A stretch of 64,000 bases of DNA from contig NW_021833925.1 of assembly GCF_006345805.1 (NCBI RefSeq), positions 15,352-79,351 of the forward strand, read 5' to 3'. Source of the stretch: Octopus sinensis. Its lineage: Eukaryota. A program made the position numbers and the translations under genes. This document shows, piece after piece, positions 1 through 13,677 of this stretch (position 1 is its first letter; each line of letters starts with the position of its first letter). Below the pieces are notes generated by a model that searched no databases, was not told where the DNA came from, and saw nothing but the letters and a program-made list of their open reading frames with translations.

Positions 1-61
1 ATGTACATGCTAATATATACATAAACCTACATATGCACAAAGAGGGTATATATATATATAT

Positions 62-252
62 ATTCGCCATGATAGATCGCTAGCCACTACACATTCTTTA
101 TTTTCTCTCCTTGTTTCTTTCTGTGTTCCTTTCTGTGGAAGAGCGTAGGCTCGAAACGTTAAAGACTTTTTCACTTCCCGAGCGTTATACTAATACATCT
201 GTTTGTTGTCTACACTACCTGTCTTCGTCTTTGTTTGTTTTATGAATTCTTC

Positions 253-275
<23 letters not shown>
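62..275 (+). mobile_element. Penelope-like element terminal-repeat (pLTR) fragment with minimal hammerhead-like motif
   Basis: cttt-CTGTGGA-A-GAGC-gtag-GCTC-GAAAC-GTT-aaag at 129-164 in pyrimidine-rich sequence, flanked on both sides by (TA)n. Penelope-like elements are known to carry minimal hammerheads in their pLTRs. Confidence 0.6.
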
Positions 276-293
<18 letters not shown>

Positions 294-940
294 TGGCATG
301 TAAATGAGAATTGCGATTTAGAATGTTGTGGATTTTGGATCTGATATCCTACCGCTGACCAAGTTGTGCGAGTTTCTTCCACTATACCACCGAGATGATC
401 AATGTTTTGCGAGTAGAATTTTGGCGATAAGCTATTCACAAGCCAGTTATGTTGATGTGTGTGAGTGTGTGTGAGGATAGATGTAGACGTGTGTGGATGT
501 GTGCATACGCATGTGTTAACGGTTTAGAAACCGGTGTAGTTTATTTTCCTGTCATTTGGTGTCCAGCAGCTCTGCGGATTCCCTGAGAAATGATTTTCGC
601 CGTAGCTAGATACAGCTGTAGTTCAATGACTAAAGCAAGGAAAGAACAAATGAATTGTGTGTGTCTCTCTCTCTTCATATTCCTTTCTCTTGGTGTGTGT
701 GTGTGTTTCTGTGTCTGTGTCAGTACGCGCGTGTGTATACACTTATAAATGTATATAACACACATGTTTGTGCGAAGAATATCCAAGTGTTTGAATGTCT
801 GTGTGTACACGTTATATAAAATACATTTGATAGCCATCTGGAGGTATAATCACACACACCTATTTACATATTTACACACATACACACACATACACATATA
901 TATATATGTTTATATATACCATATATATATGTTTATATAT

Positions 941-1001
<61 letters not shown>

Positions 1002-1257
1002 TTGTGTATGTCGTTCATTGGAATTTAGTGTTACACCATATGTACAAGAGAGACATGTGGTTTCGCTCTGGCAAAATATCGAGTGTTTTTTACGATGTGT
1101 TAGAACACACTACACATCTTTCTCATGATCTGTAAGCGTTAACCTTACAGCAACATCCATACAACATCAAACTACTTATATACACACCATGTACATGGTT
1201 CGGTTTGACGACTATACCATGCGCATTGACACTCATGCTTAAGCACAACTACAACAC

Positions 1258-1320
<63 letters not shown>

Positions 1321-2258
1321 ATCTATCCCTATTGATCAAAAAATTTTTTTTTCCTTCCCCCCACCTTTAAAAAAAATTTTTTTTTTATTATATCCCGCCC
1401 CCTTATTTTGTCTCTCTTTCTTTCCATTTACGATCCCTTTTGATCGATAACCAACCCCCTCTTTACCCCCAAAAGAAAAGCTCTACCTTGTAATTTGTAC
1501 CGTGGTGTGCAGCCCTGTGTGGCTAATAAAGAAAGAAACATATTATCTATCTATCTAATCTATCTATACTATCTATCTATCTATCTATCTATCTATCGAT
1601 CTATCTATCTATCTATATATCTACCTATCTATCTATCACATCTATACTATCTATCTATCTATATATCTATCTATCTATCATCTATCTATCTATCTATATC
1701 TATCTTTCTATCTATCTATCTATATATCTATCTATCTATCTATCATCTATCTATCTATCTATTATCTCAATCTATCTATCTATCTATCAAACTATCAATC
1801 AATCTATCTATCTATCGTTATATGTTCATACAATGTGTGTGTGTGTGTGTATATTTTATATCTTATGTAATATAACTCCCAATCTCGCCATATCTGTCCC
1901 TTTCTCGGTCCCGCTCTTCCTGCTCCTGGTTATTCGCATCTTTCTTTTTATACGCATACCCGAACATTCACACTTTAGCTTATATTGTTGCCAAAGCCTT
2001 CTTTTGTTTCCAATGTTCTTGCTTTAATATCTCACTCTATCTCGTTCTTTTTCTTGTAGATATGTGGACACTTTTTACAAATACACATATACACAAATGC
2101 CTCTCATTTGAACGCACACATGTATGATGCTCTGAATATAACAGAAATAACGCATGTGAATAAAACATGTATGTGTTTGTTAGTGTGTGTGTGTGTGTGT
2201 GCGTGTGTGTTTGGCTGTGTGTATACATTTGCATACATATATACATATACATCTTCAT

Positions 2259-2322
<64 letters not shown>

Positions 2323-2437
2323 GGATGGATGTATATATGTATGTATGTATTTATGTATGCATGGATGTATGTATGTATGTATGCGTGTGTGTTTGGCTGT
2401 GTGTATACATTTGCATACATATATAATATACATCTTC

Positions 2438-2477
<40 letters not shown>

Positions 2478-3261
2478 CATTATAGATATACATATATATA
2501 TATACATATAATATCTATGTGCATACAAAACCAATCACAAGCACACACATACAGACAGACGTTTGTGCTTATGTACATCAGCCCTTATACGAAACATATG
2601 GACGGATATACTTAAGTACACACATCCACATCCACTTGCATGGACATTTGTACACGTATACACAAGCTTGTACGCACTCAAGCATACATAAACAACGAAA
2701 GACACACACATACATATGTAAATGCAACGCATGTCTTTATATGGATATATATATATATGTATGTATGTGTGATACAGTGTTTGTAATATTCTGAGTATGT
2801 GTGCGTGCGTGCGTGTGTCTGTGTGTGTGTATTTGTGTGTGTGTGTGTGTGTGTGTGTAAGTATGCATGACCAAGTCTGTGGAATTACACAATGATTGGG
2901 TTCTGTGAAAGTAATTTGCTTGTGCAGTCGTCCGCTGTTTATCGTCCCTTTCTTTATCGATTTTCTGGGCAACACCCACCTACGCAATCACCTACTCCCC
3001 TTCCTGCTAATCTACATACATATATACATACATGCATGCATACATGTATGCATACATACATCCATCCATCCATACATACGTACATACATACATACACTTA
3101 TAAAGTTCAGCTAATTTATAGTTTATGTTGACCGAGACAATACTAATACAAATGCTGCTGTTGTTACTCTGCTCGATGATGATGATGATGATGATGGTGA
3201 TGATTCTTATGATGATGCTAAACTCCATCTAAACTCCATTATCATCATCGTCTACATCATT

Positions 3262-3301
<40 letters not shown>

Positions 3302-3389
3302 CCTCCACCGTTACCATTTTCATCACTGCCATCATTGCAATTATCATTTATAGGAATCGTCTTCATTGAATGAAAAATGTTGATGCACG

Positions 3390-3478
<89 letters not shown>

Positions 3479-4023
3479 CGGACATATTTGTGCGGGTATT
3501 GTTGCATATGTGTGTATTAAGTGGTCAATAACTTCACTTCGAAAAAACCCCTGCGCGGAACCTTGGCAAGGTATCTTCTACTCTAAGTGTCCTCTAACGT
3601 GTTGACCAATAACATGGGAAAGAATTTGCAAGAACGATGTAGATCATCCGCTATTTCCTTTATCATACGTAATACTTTGGGTCGTAAAACCCATTAAAAT
3701 TCATCATCATCATCATTATCATCAGTAGTAGTAGTAACAGTAGTCGTATTCATCGTTTGAGAAATACGTAACGATTTTGCTCCTTCTCAAACAGGAATTA
3801 AATCCATCTTGGAAAACACATACCGACGTGTTCAAGGTTAAAAAATCATTTTACAAATGTCCTAAACATGTTTACAGATTGCTCTGTCGCTGCTTTCCTG
3901 TCACGTGCTAATATATCTTGTTTGTCAGTGTCCTCACAACTGTTTCTATCACTCCAGTCACAGATCGGATGGATTATAAACACATTCACTAACTGATATG
4001 AAATATTTTTAGTTCAAAATATT

Positions 4024-4365
4024 CAAAAGGTTCCTGAAAAGGGGTTGTTTAAAGATGTTGAACGAAACACCAATGTTTCCAAGAGGTGAATTATTCAGAC
4101 CTCAAAGAATCCCTCACAACACATGGCTATGATGCCCCCCCCCCACTACTTCTGCTCGTGATCAAAGATGCACATATCGTCAGCCACTAAGGGACATGCT
4201 CAACTGGTTATGGTCAAACAACTAATAAGCAAATCTGTGGTACTGAGCAGAATATTTGCTGTATCCCATCTTTTATACCAAGACAAAACAATGTACATGA
4301 TAAGACTTCCAATCAGTTAAGATCAGAAGCCATGAGAGTCACTGTCTTGTACTGCATCAGGGCAT
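4024..4365 (-). mobile_element. 5' portion of a non-coding (TAA)n-associated interspersed element
   Basis: Near-identical to 16730-17000 and extends further to ...gtactgcatcagggcat, which abuts the (ATT)n array starting near 4366. Confidence 0.7.
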
Positions 4366-4399
4366 ATTATTATCATTATTATTATTATTATTATCATCA

Positions 4400-4443
<44 letters not shown>

Positions 4444-4445
4444 TA

Positions 4446-4506
<61 letters not shown>

Positions 4507-4519
4507 TATTATTATTATT

Positions 4520-4647
4520 GAGTGAGCGAGCAGAGCATACCATCAAAGTGACACTGGGGTAAAATATATGAAGCCCAGTATACCCTCATGACTACCGTCT
4601 GATAAGGGCACCCAGGCACATGCATCACAACCATATGTGCGCGACAT
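4520..4647 (-). mobile_element. 5'-truncated 3' end of the same (TAA)n-associated element
   Basis: gagtgagcgagcagagcataccatcaaagtgacactggggtaaaatat..., matching 9332 and 16527, with (ATT)n on both sides. Confidence 0.75.
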
Positions 4648-5152
4648 ATTTATTTTTATTATTATTATAATTAGTATTATTATATCATTATTTTATTATT
4701 GATTATTACTTATTATTATTATTATTATTATTATTATTTATTATTATTATTATATATTATTAATATTAATTTTATTATTATTATTATTACTACTACTACT
4801 ACTACTACTACTATTACTATTATTATTATTATTATATTATTATTATTATAAAACTTAGTAAAATAGAATTAAGTCCATGCATGTGTTTCTTTCAGTTCTT
4901 TCGTAAAATATGTTTAGTCTCATCTTCACTTTGTTCAACGGCGCTGCTTTAGAAGCACTAATCTATTGTTGTTGTTACTGTTGTTGTTGATGATGTTCTT
5001 CATTCCTTCTCTTCTCCTCCCCTACTTGCTCTATCCATCTTTCTCAAGTTTCTCTCTATATTACTTCACCTGGGTCTTGTTTCTTTGACTCTTTCACCTC
5101 ATGCGTGTCTGTGTATGTATGTAAAAATGTATGTATGTCTACATGCCTTATA

Positions 5153-5460
5153 TCACGTGATCACGTGACTGACCAGACCATCTACGCATGTTGCTTCACA
5201 TCGCTGGTCACAATGCGTTCGCATTGTTTTAGCCTTTAAATGACGCCACCCCGCTAGTTAAGCGAGCAGGCCAACAGACGAAAGAGTGAGAGAAAGAGTG
5301 GTGAAAGAGTACAGCAGAGATCAACCCCCCCTGCCGGAGCGTCGTGGAGCTTTTAGGTGTTTTCGCTCAATAAACACACACAACGCCCGGTCTGGGAATC
5401 GAAACCGCGATCCTACGACCGCGAGTCCGCTGCCCTAACCACTGGGCCATTGCGCCTCCA
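5153..5460 (-). mobile_element. tRNA-derived SINE, full length, with cacgtgat-repeat tail
   Basis: On the minus strand: ggaggcgcaatggcccagtggttagggcagcgg (A box) ... ggtttcgattccc (B box). Body shared with 29945 and 58410; ends in the tandem tail gtcacgtgatcacgtga. Confidence 0.85.
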
Positions 5461-5889
5461 CACATGCCTTATATAGTTACAAATAATATATACATACATG
5501 CCTATGTGTGTGAATGTGTGTGTCCTTCCCTTTCATCTATTAATGCAGGACACATTCGTCTATAAAAAGACGTTAACTAAATCTTATACGTCCAACAAAC
5601 CGTGTATACGTGTCAGATTATTTGATAATAAGATTTTTCACGGAACGAACAGGGACATTTCTGATGTTCAGTTATTTTGTGCCATTCCATGGAAAAAGTT
5701 GTTCAGCATAACCCATCTCCGTCACACGCACCTTTTCCCTCTGTCCCCGCTTCTCTCTTTTCCTCTATATGTTTGTATACACACACACACACACGCACAT
5801 TCACACACACACACATACACACACACACACATACATAAGAACAGTGATTAGACAGACATTCTTTTCTTTCTTTTATTATTTTACTTGTT

Positions 5890-6240
5890 TCAGTCATTTG
5901 ACTGCGGTCATGCTGGAGCACCGCCTTTAGTCGAATCAAATCGAGCCCAGGACTTTTGCTGAACCGCTAAGGTTACGGGAACCTAAACACACCAGCATCG
6001 GTTGTCAAGCGATGTTGGTGGGGCGGGGACAAACACAGATACACAACATATATATATACATATATATTTATACTTATATACGACGGGCTTCTTTCAGCTT
6101 CCGTCTACCAAATCCATTCAAAAGGATTTGGTCGGCCCGAGGCTATAGTAGAAGACATTTGCCCAAGGGACCACACAGTGGGACTGAACCCGGAACCATG
6201 TGGTTGGTAAGCAAGCTACTTACCACACAGTCACTCCTGC
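5890..6240 (-). mobile_element. tRNA-derived SINE (second family)
   Basis: On the minus strand: ggagtgactgtgtggtaagtagcttgc...ggttccgggttcagtccc...cttgggcaaatgtcttctactatag...gacggaagctgaaagaagcccgtcg. Other copies at 20200, 27430, 41150/41740 and 61330. Confidence 0.8.
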
Positions 6241-7154
6241 ACCAACATACATACATGCACATAAGAATAGTTAGGTACACACACAAACGTGCAAAATACA
6301 CACACATATATATATATATATTTAGAAATATACATTCATATATCCTTAACTGAGTATATTTTTACATACATTTGTAAACGTTTATACCGCACTATCAGTC
6401 TGTCTATCTGTCTACCTATCTCTCCGTTTGTCTGCCAATCTAGTTGATAATCAATATCAAATTACCAAGGAGACCGCTATTTCATAAGTTAGTCAATTTA
6501 TTTTAAAAAGTAAGTGTATTTATTTAATTTCATATTGATTTTACACTAAATTCAATGTTTCGTGTTTGCCTAACATACCTTCAGGGTCAGCCACTTTGAC
6601 CCTTGGAAATATCTTAGTAAACAGCAAATATGCATCGCTGTTTGCGTGCGTGTGTATTATAACAACCATTATATACATATATTTACTCACATCACACACG
6701 CATATATATATGTGTGTGTGTGTGTGTGCGTGTGCGTGTGTGTGTGTGTGTACACATGAGTATTTACATCTTGATCAATTCTCACTATACATCTTGCCAT
6801 CTCTCTGAATATTTCCTCTTCACATTTTATCTCATTTCGAAACAACGCTCCCCCTCATATATAACTTCTACTTGCTTTTTGTCTCTCCCCTACTTTTCTC
6901 TCTCTCTGTCACTGACTCTCTCTCTCTCTCTCTCTCAAACTCTCCCCCTGCCTCTCAATCAACAACTCTCTCATCTTCTCTTCCCTTTCTTGCTGCATGC
7001 TTATTAATCTTCTACTTTCACTTTCTATCATTTCCCCACTTCTCACATATTTTTTTCTCTCACTCACATTCTCTCTGTGTGCTTTCTCTCTGTCTTTCTC
7101 TCTCCAAATATCTCAATATCTCTCACTTTCTCAATCATTTTCCCTACTCCATTC

Positions 7155-7194
<40 letters not shown>

Positions 7195-7492
7195 GGACAT
7201 CCTTACTTTCTTAGATGGTATCAATTACTCATTAGTTCAGTCTCAGATTTAAGTATTTTGCTCTCTGTAGCTTGAGATTCGCATTAAATCTGACTTTGTT
7301 TCTGGAATTTTCTCTGATCTTCTCTTGATTGAGTTATGGCCTTTTGAAACTCTTCTTGAAACACACTAATTTAACTTCGTTTTTCACGTTCTGTTATGGA
7401 TTTCTTTGCTCGTGTATGCGTGTGCGTTTACTAATATGTGAATATATGTAGTATAAAACTGAGTCATCTGCGTATATTTGCTGTTGTTGTGA

Positions 7493-7552
<60 letters not shown>

Positions 7553-7566
7553 CATTATTATTATTA

Positions 7567-7609
<43 letters not shown>

Positions 7610-7641
7610 CATCATTATTATATTATTATTATTATTATTAC

Positions 7642-7710
7642 TTTTTTCTTCTTCAAATTTGCTTCCATTTCTTGCCGAGTGTCTTCCCGACTCCTAGGGC
7701 AAGAAACTCA
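7642..7710 (-). mobile_element. Possible short 3' end of another (TAA)n-tailed element
   Basis: Non-repetitive GC-richer block (minus: ggagtcgggaagacactcggcaagaaatggaagcaaatttgaag) running directly into (TAA)n. Position and orientation match the R4 fragments, but there is no coding evidence. Confidence 0.3.
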
Positions 7711-7867
7711 TAGTATACATTGGTAGGGCATTAAACCAAACTCAATAGTTCGTTCATTTTTAAAATAAAAATTTTTTTTAAAGTAATATTAAAATACATG
7801 GGCAGCACAACAGTTTCTCACATCGACAATGCTCTCTCAATACGTGTGATGTACCAGTTAGACAATC

Positions 7868-7964
<97 letters not shown>

Positions 7965-7965
<1 letters not shown>

Positions 7966-8561
7966 TAGTAGTTTTGTTTTTATATCGTGCTTTCACTTCA
8001 CTACCGAGCGCAGCTCTGTGAACCTTGGGTACGTGCTGTGATTTGTTGTGATGCTCTTATTGGTTACTGTATTGAAAGTGTTTTGCGTAGAATGTGTGCA
8101 GTGCCTAGTAGTGCAATTTTCTGTATGTTATATATATTTGTAAGTCCTGGTGTTGTTGTTATGTAGTTGTCTGAATATTTTTTATCATACCTAATGCACC
8201 TACTATGATAGGAATTGTTTCTCCTTTTAGATTCTTTATTCAAGCTACCTCTATTTCCAGGTCTTTGTATTTTGAAAGTTTCTCCATTTCTTTTAGAGAA
8301 ACTTTGTCATCTGCTGGTATTGATACATCAATTAGAAAGCATTTTATTTCTTCATGATCTCTGACAACTATATCTGGCCTATTGGCCTTAATTTCTCTGT
8401 CTGTGTGTATTGGCATATCCCAAAGTATGTTGCCGTTCTCGTTTTCTGTGACCTTTTCTGGCGTGTGCCTATGCCATCTTTTTTCTGTTGTTATTCCATA
8501 GTGTTGGCATAGCTTCCAGTGTATGTAGGTCCCAACTCTGTCGTGTCTGTGTCTTGTCGTA

Positions 8562-8562
<1 letters not shown>
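7965..8562 (-). mobile_element. 5'-truncated R4/Dong-clade non-LTR retrotransposon (restriction-like endonuclease C-terminus plus 3' UTR)
   Basis: Translation RHDRVGTYIHWKLC..PEKVTENENGNILWDMPIHTDREIKANRPDIVV..IDVSIPAD..EMEKLSKYKDLEIE, then after a stop and a frameshift IPIIVGALG..QKIALLGTAHILRKTL*. This is the RHD / PD..D-E..K..Y signature of R2-group RLE elements. Embedded in (TAA)n at both ends. Confidence 0.92.
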
Positions 8563-8645
<83 letters not shown>

Positions 8646-8666
8646 ATATTAGTATTATTATTATTA

Positions 8667-8850
8667 AGGCGGTCAGGTGGCAGAACCGTTAGCGCACCGC
8701 GCATTTTGTCTCGCTTTACGTTTTGAGTTCATATGCCAAGGGATCACCTTTGCCTTTCTTCATTTATATGTCGATAAAATAAGTACCAGTTGAGCACTGA
8801 GGTCGATGTACTCAAGTAGCCCCTTGTCCCCAAATTTCAGGTTTTGTGCC
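8667..8850 (+). mobile_element. Degenerate tRNA-derived SINE (aaggcggcgagctggcagaa family)
   Basis: aaggcggtcaggtggcagaaccgttagc...gagttca...gcctttcttcat...gtcgataaaataagtaccagttgagcactg, matching 11442 and 28455. Confidence 0.7.
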
Positions 8851-8865
8851 TAAAGGATTTTATGA

Positions 8866-8914
<49 letters not shown>

Positions 8915-8915
<1 letters not shown>

Positions 8916-9205
8916 GAAAAGTCACAGCTTATTTTGCTGGTTATGATGGAAAATGTCAGCTGTCAAAATCTAGCAGCGTAAAGTGACACTTGTTTACTGG
9001 TCATGCTTCATGAACCCTGCGAAGAATTCTTGCAGTTCCAAGCAATGCTGATTTTTGCAGGTGTTCTACCTTCATACTTGGACCGATCTTTTTTTCAGCC
9101 ATTTTGGTAGCTGAGTACTGATGTTTCCAAGTGCACCAATTACTATTGGTATTACGTCTACTACTCTCCTCATTGAGAAGAACCTCCGCATATCCCACTT
9201 CAAAA
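8915..9205 (-). mobile_element. Second, divergent R4/Dong-clade 3' fragment
   Basis: LKWDMRRFFSMRRVVDVIPIVIGALGNISTQLPKWLKK, frameshift, IGPSMKVEHLQKSALLGTARILRRVHEA*, then a short 3' UTR into (TAA)n. Flanked by (ATT)n on both sides. Confidence 0.88.
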
Positions 9206-9214
9206 TTATTATTA

Positions 9215-9272
<58 letters not shown>

Positions 9273-9331
9273 CATTATAATAATTATTATTATTATTATT
9301 ATTGTTATTATTATTATTATTATTATTGATT

Positions 9332-9442
9332 GATTGAGAGAGCATTACATGCCATCAAAGTGGCACTGGGGTAAAATATACGAAGCCCAGTATACCCATC
9401 ATGACTACCTATCTGATAAGGGTACACTAGGCCCATGCATCA
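9332..9442 (-). mobile_element. Short 3' end of the (TAA)n-associated non-coding element
   Basis: Matches 4520 and 16527, with (ATT)n flanks. Confidence 0.7.
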
Positions 9443-9469
9443 ATGATTATTATTATTATTATTATTATT

Positions 9470-9554
<85 letters not shown>

Positions 9555-10670
9555 GCAAACCCCCCCACCAAAGAAAAAGAATAGTGCCATTGTCATCAAG
9601 TGAATGATATTTCGACATATTATTATTATGGCGTCGAGGTGGCACAACCGTTAGCATATGGCACTCTTCTCTAGAAAAAGGCATCGTAACTTTTACAAGT
9701 TCAGATAGACTTGGCGTCGGTCGCACACCTATGACGTCATGCACATATTACTTATGAATATGTGTTATTACGTAACTTGGGGCCATCTTGAATCAGCCGT
9801 CTTTATTTCGTAATGTGTATTTTGTGCTCTATGTATCTATTTGTAATATGTTTGTTTTGTAATGGTGAAAGTGTTAAAATTCTATACGTAGAGAGAGAGA
9901 GAGAGAGAGGAGGTAATTTACATAAATCTAAAGACTTTCTACATAGAAAGAGAGAGCGAGAGAGAATGAGAGAAAGAGAGGAGAGAGAAATTTCCTTATG
10001 ATAATGCATAAAATGAAGAACATATCAAATTCATATTCCAATATTAGTACATGACATCGGTTGACAAACTTTCAAAGTATCTAAGATACTCTGTTAATTT
10101 TTAATAAACCTGTTGACTCCAGTATTTCAGTTGGTTGTTTGCTATATACACTACTTAATTTAAATAGAGACTCCCCCAACAACTAAGAAGTCTGTTTCCT
10201 GGCTTGTTTACATCATATCTCTTTAATTGTTGTGGATCATATTTGGTGGGTAATGAATCATATATACTTGATTTTGCCTTGCTGCGTGGTAAATTCTTCT
10301 TGGATTTAACATTTGCAGTATGTTTATGAAACAGTTATAACAGTAAGCAACGGATATCGCATAGTGTGAATGTATAAAACCATGCTTTAGCAGTTGTGTG
10401 TGCGCATGCATTTTTGTGTATTTGGTTGTGTATTTGTGTGTGTATGTGTACGAATTTAAACCGAGTTTTATATATGTCGTATCATAATACACACACACAC
10501 ACACATATACATGTATATATACACACACTCACGCATATACACCCACGCACGCACGCACACAGTACGTTTATAATAATTCGCCCTGAATTATATATGAACA
10601 CATGCATACGCACCTGGCTTACTCTGTTTAATAACGGAAACAGCAATATAGACCTGGTATGTATGCTTCC

Positions 10671-10712
<42 letters not shown>

Positions 10713-10790
10713 GCGCGTGCGTGTGCGTGTGTGTGTGTATGGGTATATGTATGTATATATGTATGTATATGTATATATATTATTATATAT

Positions 10791-10886
<96 letters not shown>

Positions 10887-10895
10887 TTATATAAT

Positions 10896-10929
<34 letters not shown>

Positions 10930-11441
10930 ATATATATATATATATGTGTATATATATATATTATAATATATATATATATATATAATATATATATATATAT
11001 ATCTATATATATAATATATATATATATGACTGTATATATGTCCGGTAAACCGGACATACACGTGTGTATGTATGCTGCATGTATTTGTGCATGTGTTTAT
11101 TTGTGTACGTGTGTGTCATGTACAGAAATCGTGTCTTGAGTGTGCCCCTTGATTGTGGCTGTATAATGAAAATATGAGTATTCAGTCGGTATACAAACCC
11201 ATTCTTATTTCTATAATTCATTTATTGATATCTTCAGAGATGCGTCGCCACCAGTTTCCATTGACTTTTAATTTTATTCAGTTCTTCAAATGTCTTTGAA
11301 TACAAATACATTTTCGTTTCCAATATTTTAGTCTGTATAAATATTCTATTTTAACTACTTCCTGTCAATCTAACCACCGTAATTTCTACAGTCAATATTC
11401 CTCCCTACATCCAAACGCCAGATACTATATACATTATAAAA

Positions 11442-11830
11442 AGGCGGCGAGCTGGCAGAATCGTTAGCACGCCGGGCGAAATGCTTAGCGGTATTTCGTC
11501 TGCCGCAACGTTTTAAGTTCCAATTCCGCCGAGTTCGACTTTGCCCTTCATCCTTTCGGGGTCGATTAAATAAGTACCAGTTTCGCACTGGGGTCGATAT
11601 AATCGACTTAATCCGTATGTCTGTCCTTGCTTGTCCCCTCTGTGTTTAGCCCCTTGTGAGTAGTAAAGAAATAGGTATTTCATCTGCCGCTACGTTCTGA
11701 GTTCAAATTTCGTCGAGGTCGACTTCGCTTTCATCTTTTAGGGGTCCATAAATTAAGGGCCAGTTGCGACCTGAAATCGACTGGTCCCCTCCCCCCAAAT
11801 TTCGAGCCTTGTGCCTTGAGTAGAAAAGAA
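11442..11830 (+). mobile_element. tRNA-derived SINE with Nin/Deu-like central domain; one full copy followed by a second 5'-truncated copy
   Basis: aaggcggcgagctggcagaatcgttagc...gttcgactttgcccttcatcctttcggggtcgattaaataagtaccagtt. A second body starts near 11672 and ends gtgccttgagtagaaaagaata. The domain name is from memory, not database-verified. Confidence 0.8.
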
Positions 11831-12487
11831 TATTTACAGATTCAACCATTGTTTCCTTTACCCTTCCAAACCAGAATTCAATAGTTAAGCAAACCATTTC
11901 ATTTTACTCATTATGAAAGTAATTATAATTAATAAACATAGCTTGGTTCACTACATTAAGATTGTAAGCATCAAATTTACTGCTAATTCTCAAGCAGGCG
12001 ACATACCTAGGTATCGTCTGCCCCAGGCATTCATCTTCAGTTTCATTCATATGAGTTTCACTACATTTCATACTTCATTTCGCCGCATACACATCGTTAT
12101 CATATGCAGTACATTGCACACTTTTCCATGTAAGACATGTATATAATTCACTATAAACCCATGTAAAGAAACCGCAAAGTGTCAAATGGTATATTCTGGT
12201 TTATAGTTTCTTGCCTCGCATCTTCAAGTGCCCGCCTTGTAGAATACAGTATCAACATGTGTATTGCAAGAACACGCAGACGCCCACAAACAAAAATACA
12301 CGTGTGTGTGTGTATATTGCTGCATGTATCTTTGTGGTTCACTGGTAATATATGTGGTTATGTGTCAAGATCATATTAATTTCAGTTCTTAAAGAGCATA
12401 AACTATGGCACTAACGGTCGTGTTGGAGGCTTTTGGGAGGCTTATTTTCTCACACTTAGACACACACAAGTGATACGCTCAGATACT

Positions 12488-12535
<48 letters not shown>

Positions 12536-12647
12536 CCTCAAGAATAGAACTATGGAATAGAAATAGAAATCTACCCTAATATATATATTAATATTATATA
12601 TATATATATACATACGCATATGCATATATATATACATATATATATAT

Positions 12648-12679
<32 letters not shown>

Positions 12680-13496
12680 ATATATATCTATATATATATG
12701 ATCATGAACATATACATATATATGTATGCATGTATATAAAAATATTTATATGCCTTGTGCGTGTGTGTGTGTGTGTGTGTGTACCGAAAGAAGAAACTGC
12801 AATTTGTTTCAGGTAGTAGTTTCAATCCAGACTGCATAAGGGTGAGTAAGGAAAAACTTGCTGTTAATTACATATCATTATTTTCTCTTCTACTGTTTCC
12901 TAATTTGAGATGAATGTGCAGTTAAGATTGATCATTTCAAGAATTTAAAAACAAGATTCATTTTTTTAATTTATTATTTATTCCATTTTATTTGCTGTTC
13001 AGTATAAAAGTTTCATACTGATTACGGTAAAAGTCTAACGAAAACCACTAATACGAATGCTAAAGAAAACAAGACCCCAAATAACAAGAAATACTATACA
13101 AAAAAGGGAGACATCGAATAGAAATTTGTATTCTATATATCTTTCTTTCTCTGTCTCTGTCTATCTGTCTGTCTCTCTCTTTCTTCTCACGTCTCTTTCT
13201 TTCCATATACAGATACACATATAGATAGGTAAAAGAAATCAAAAATCGAATACAACAATTTAAATACTTTTGAAAACCATGAACAAAAGGCCAATGGATG
13301 CTCACAGTTAATATTATTATGTGACGCTCAAAAATGGAAAGTGCACACACACACACACACACACACAGATACACACGCACATACACTGCAGCATGTGCTC
13401 CAGCATGGCTGCAACTCTCACGCTGATACTTGTAAAAAAAGTACACACACACAAATATATGTATATATATATATATTTCTTGTTATTATTTTGCAG

Positions 13497-13677
13497 GTTT
13501 GGTTTCAAAACCGACGCTCGAAAGAAAGGCGGATGAAACAGTTAAGCGCGCTCGGAGCGCGAAGGCACTTTTTTAGAAATCCACGACGCATGCGTGCTCT
13601 TAGACCAGGTTTAGGACATCCGGATATGGATGACGGCGGGGATATGATTGGTGGCGGTGGATTTGGCTATTTCTCAG
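13497..13677 (+). CDS. Lhx1: LIM-homeobox Lhx1/5 (Lim1/lin-11 class) internal exon: homeodomain helix 3 plus post-homeodomain conserved block
   Basis: Acceptor ttttgcag|GTT at 13496/13497 and donor TCAG|gtgaga at 13677/13678 (181 nt, phase 0 to phase 1). Translation [38 protein letters not shown]...GFGYFS closely matches vertebrate Lhx1/Lhx5 [36 protein letters not shown]. The intron just before VWFQN is the usual LIM-HD position. Confidence 0.96.

Noticed and set aside
12813-12841. Apparent micro-exon (tttgtttcag|...aagg|gtgagt)
   Set aside because: 29 nt would shift the frame, it encodes nothing Lhx-like, and it resembles a decayed SINE head.
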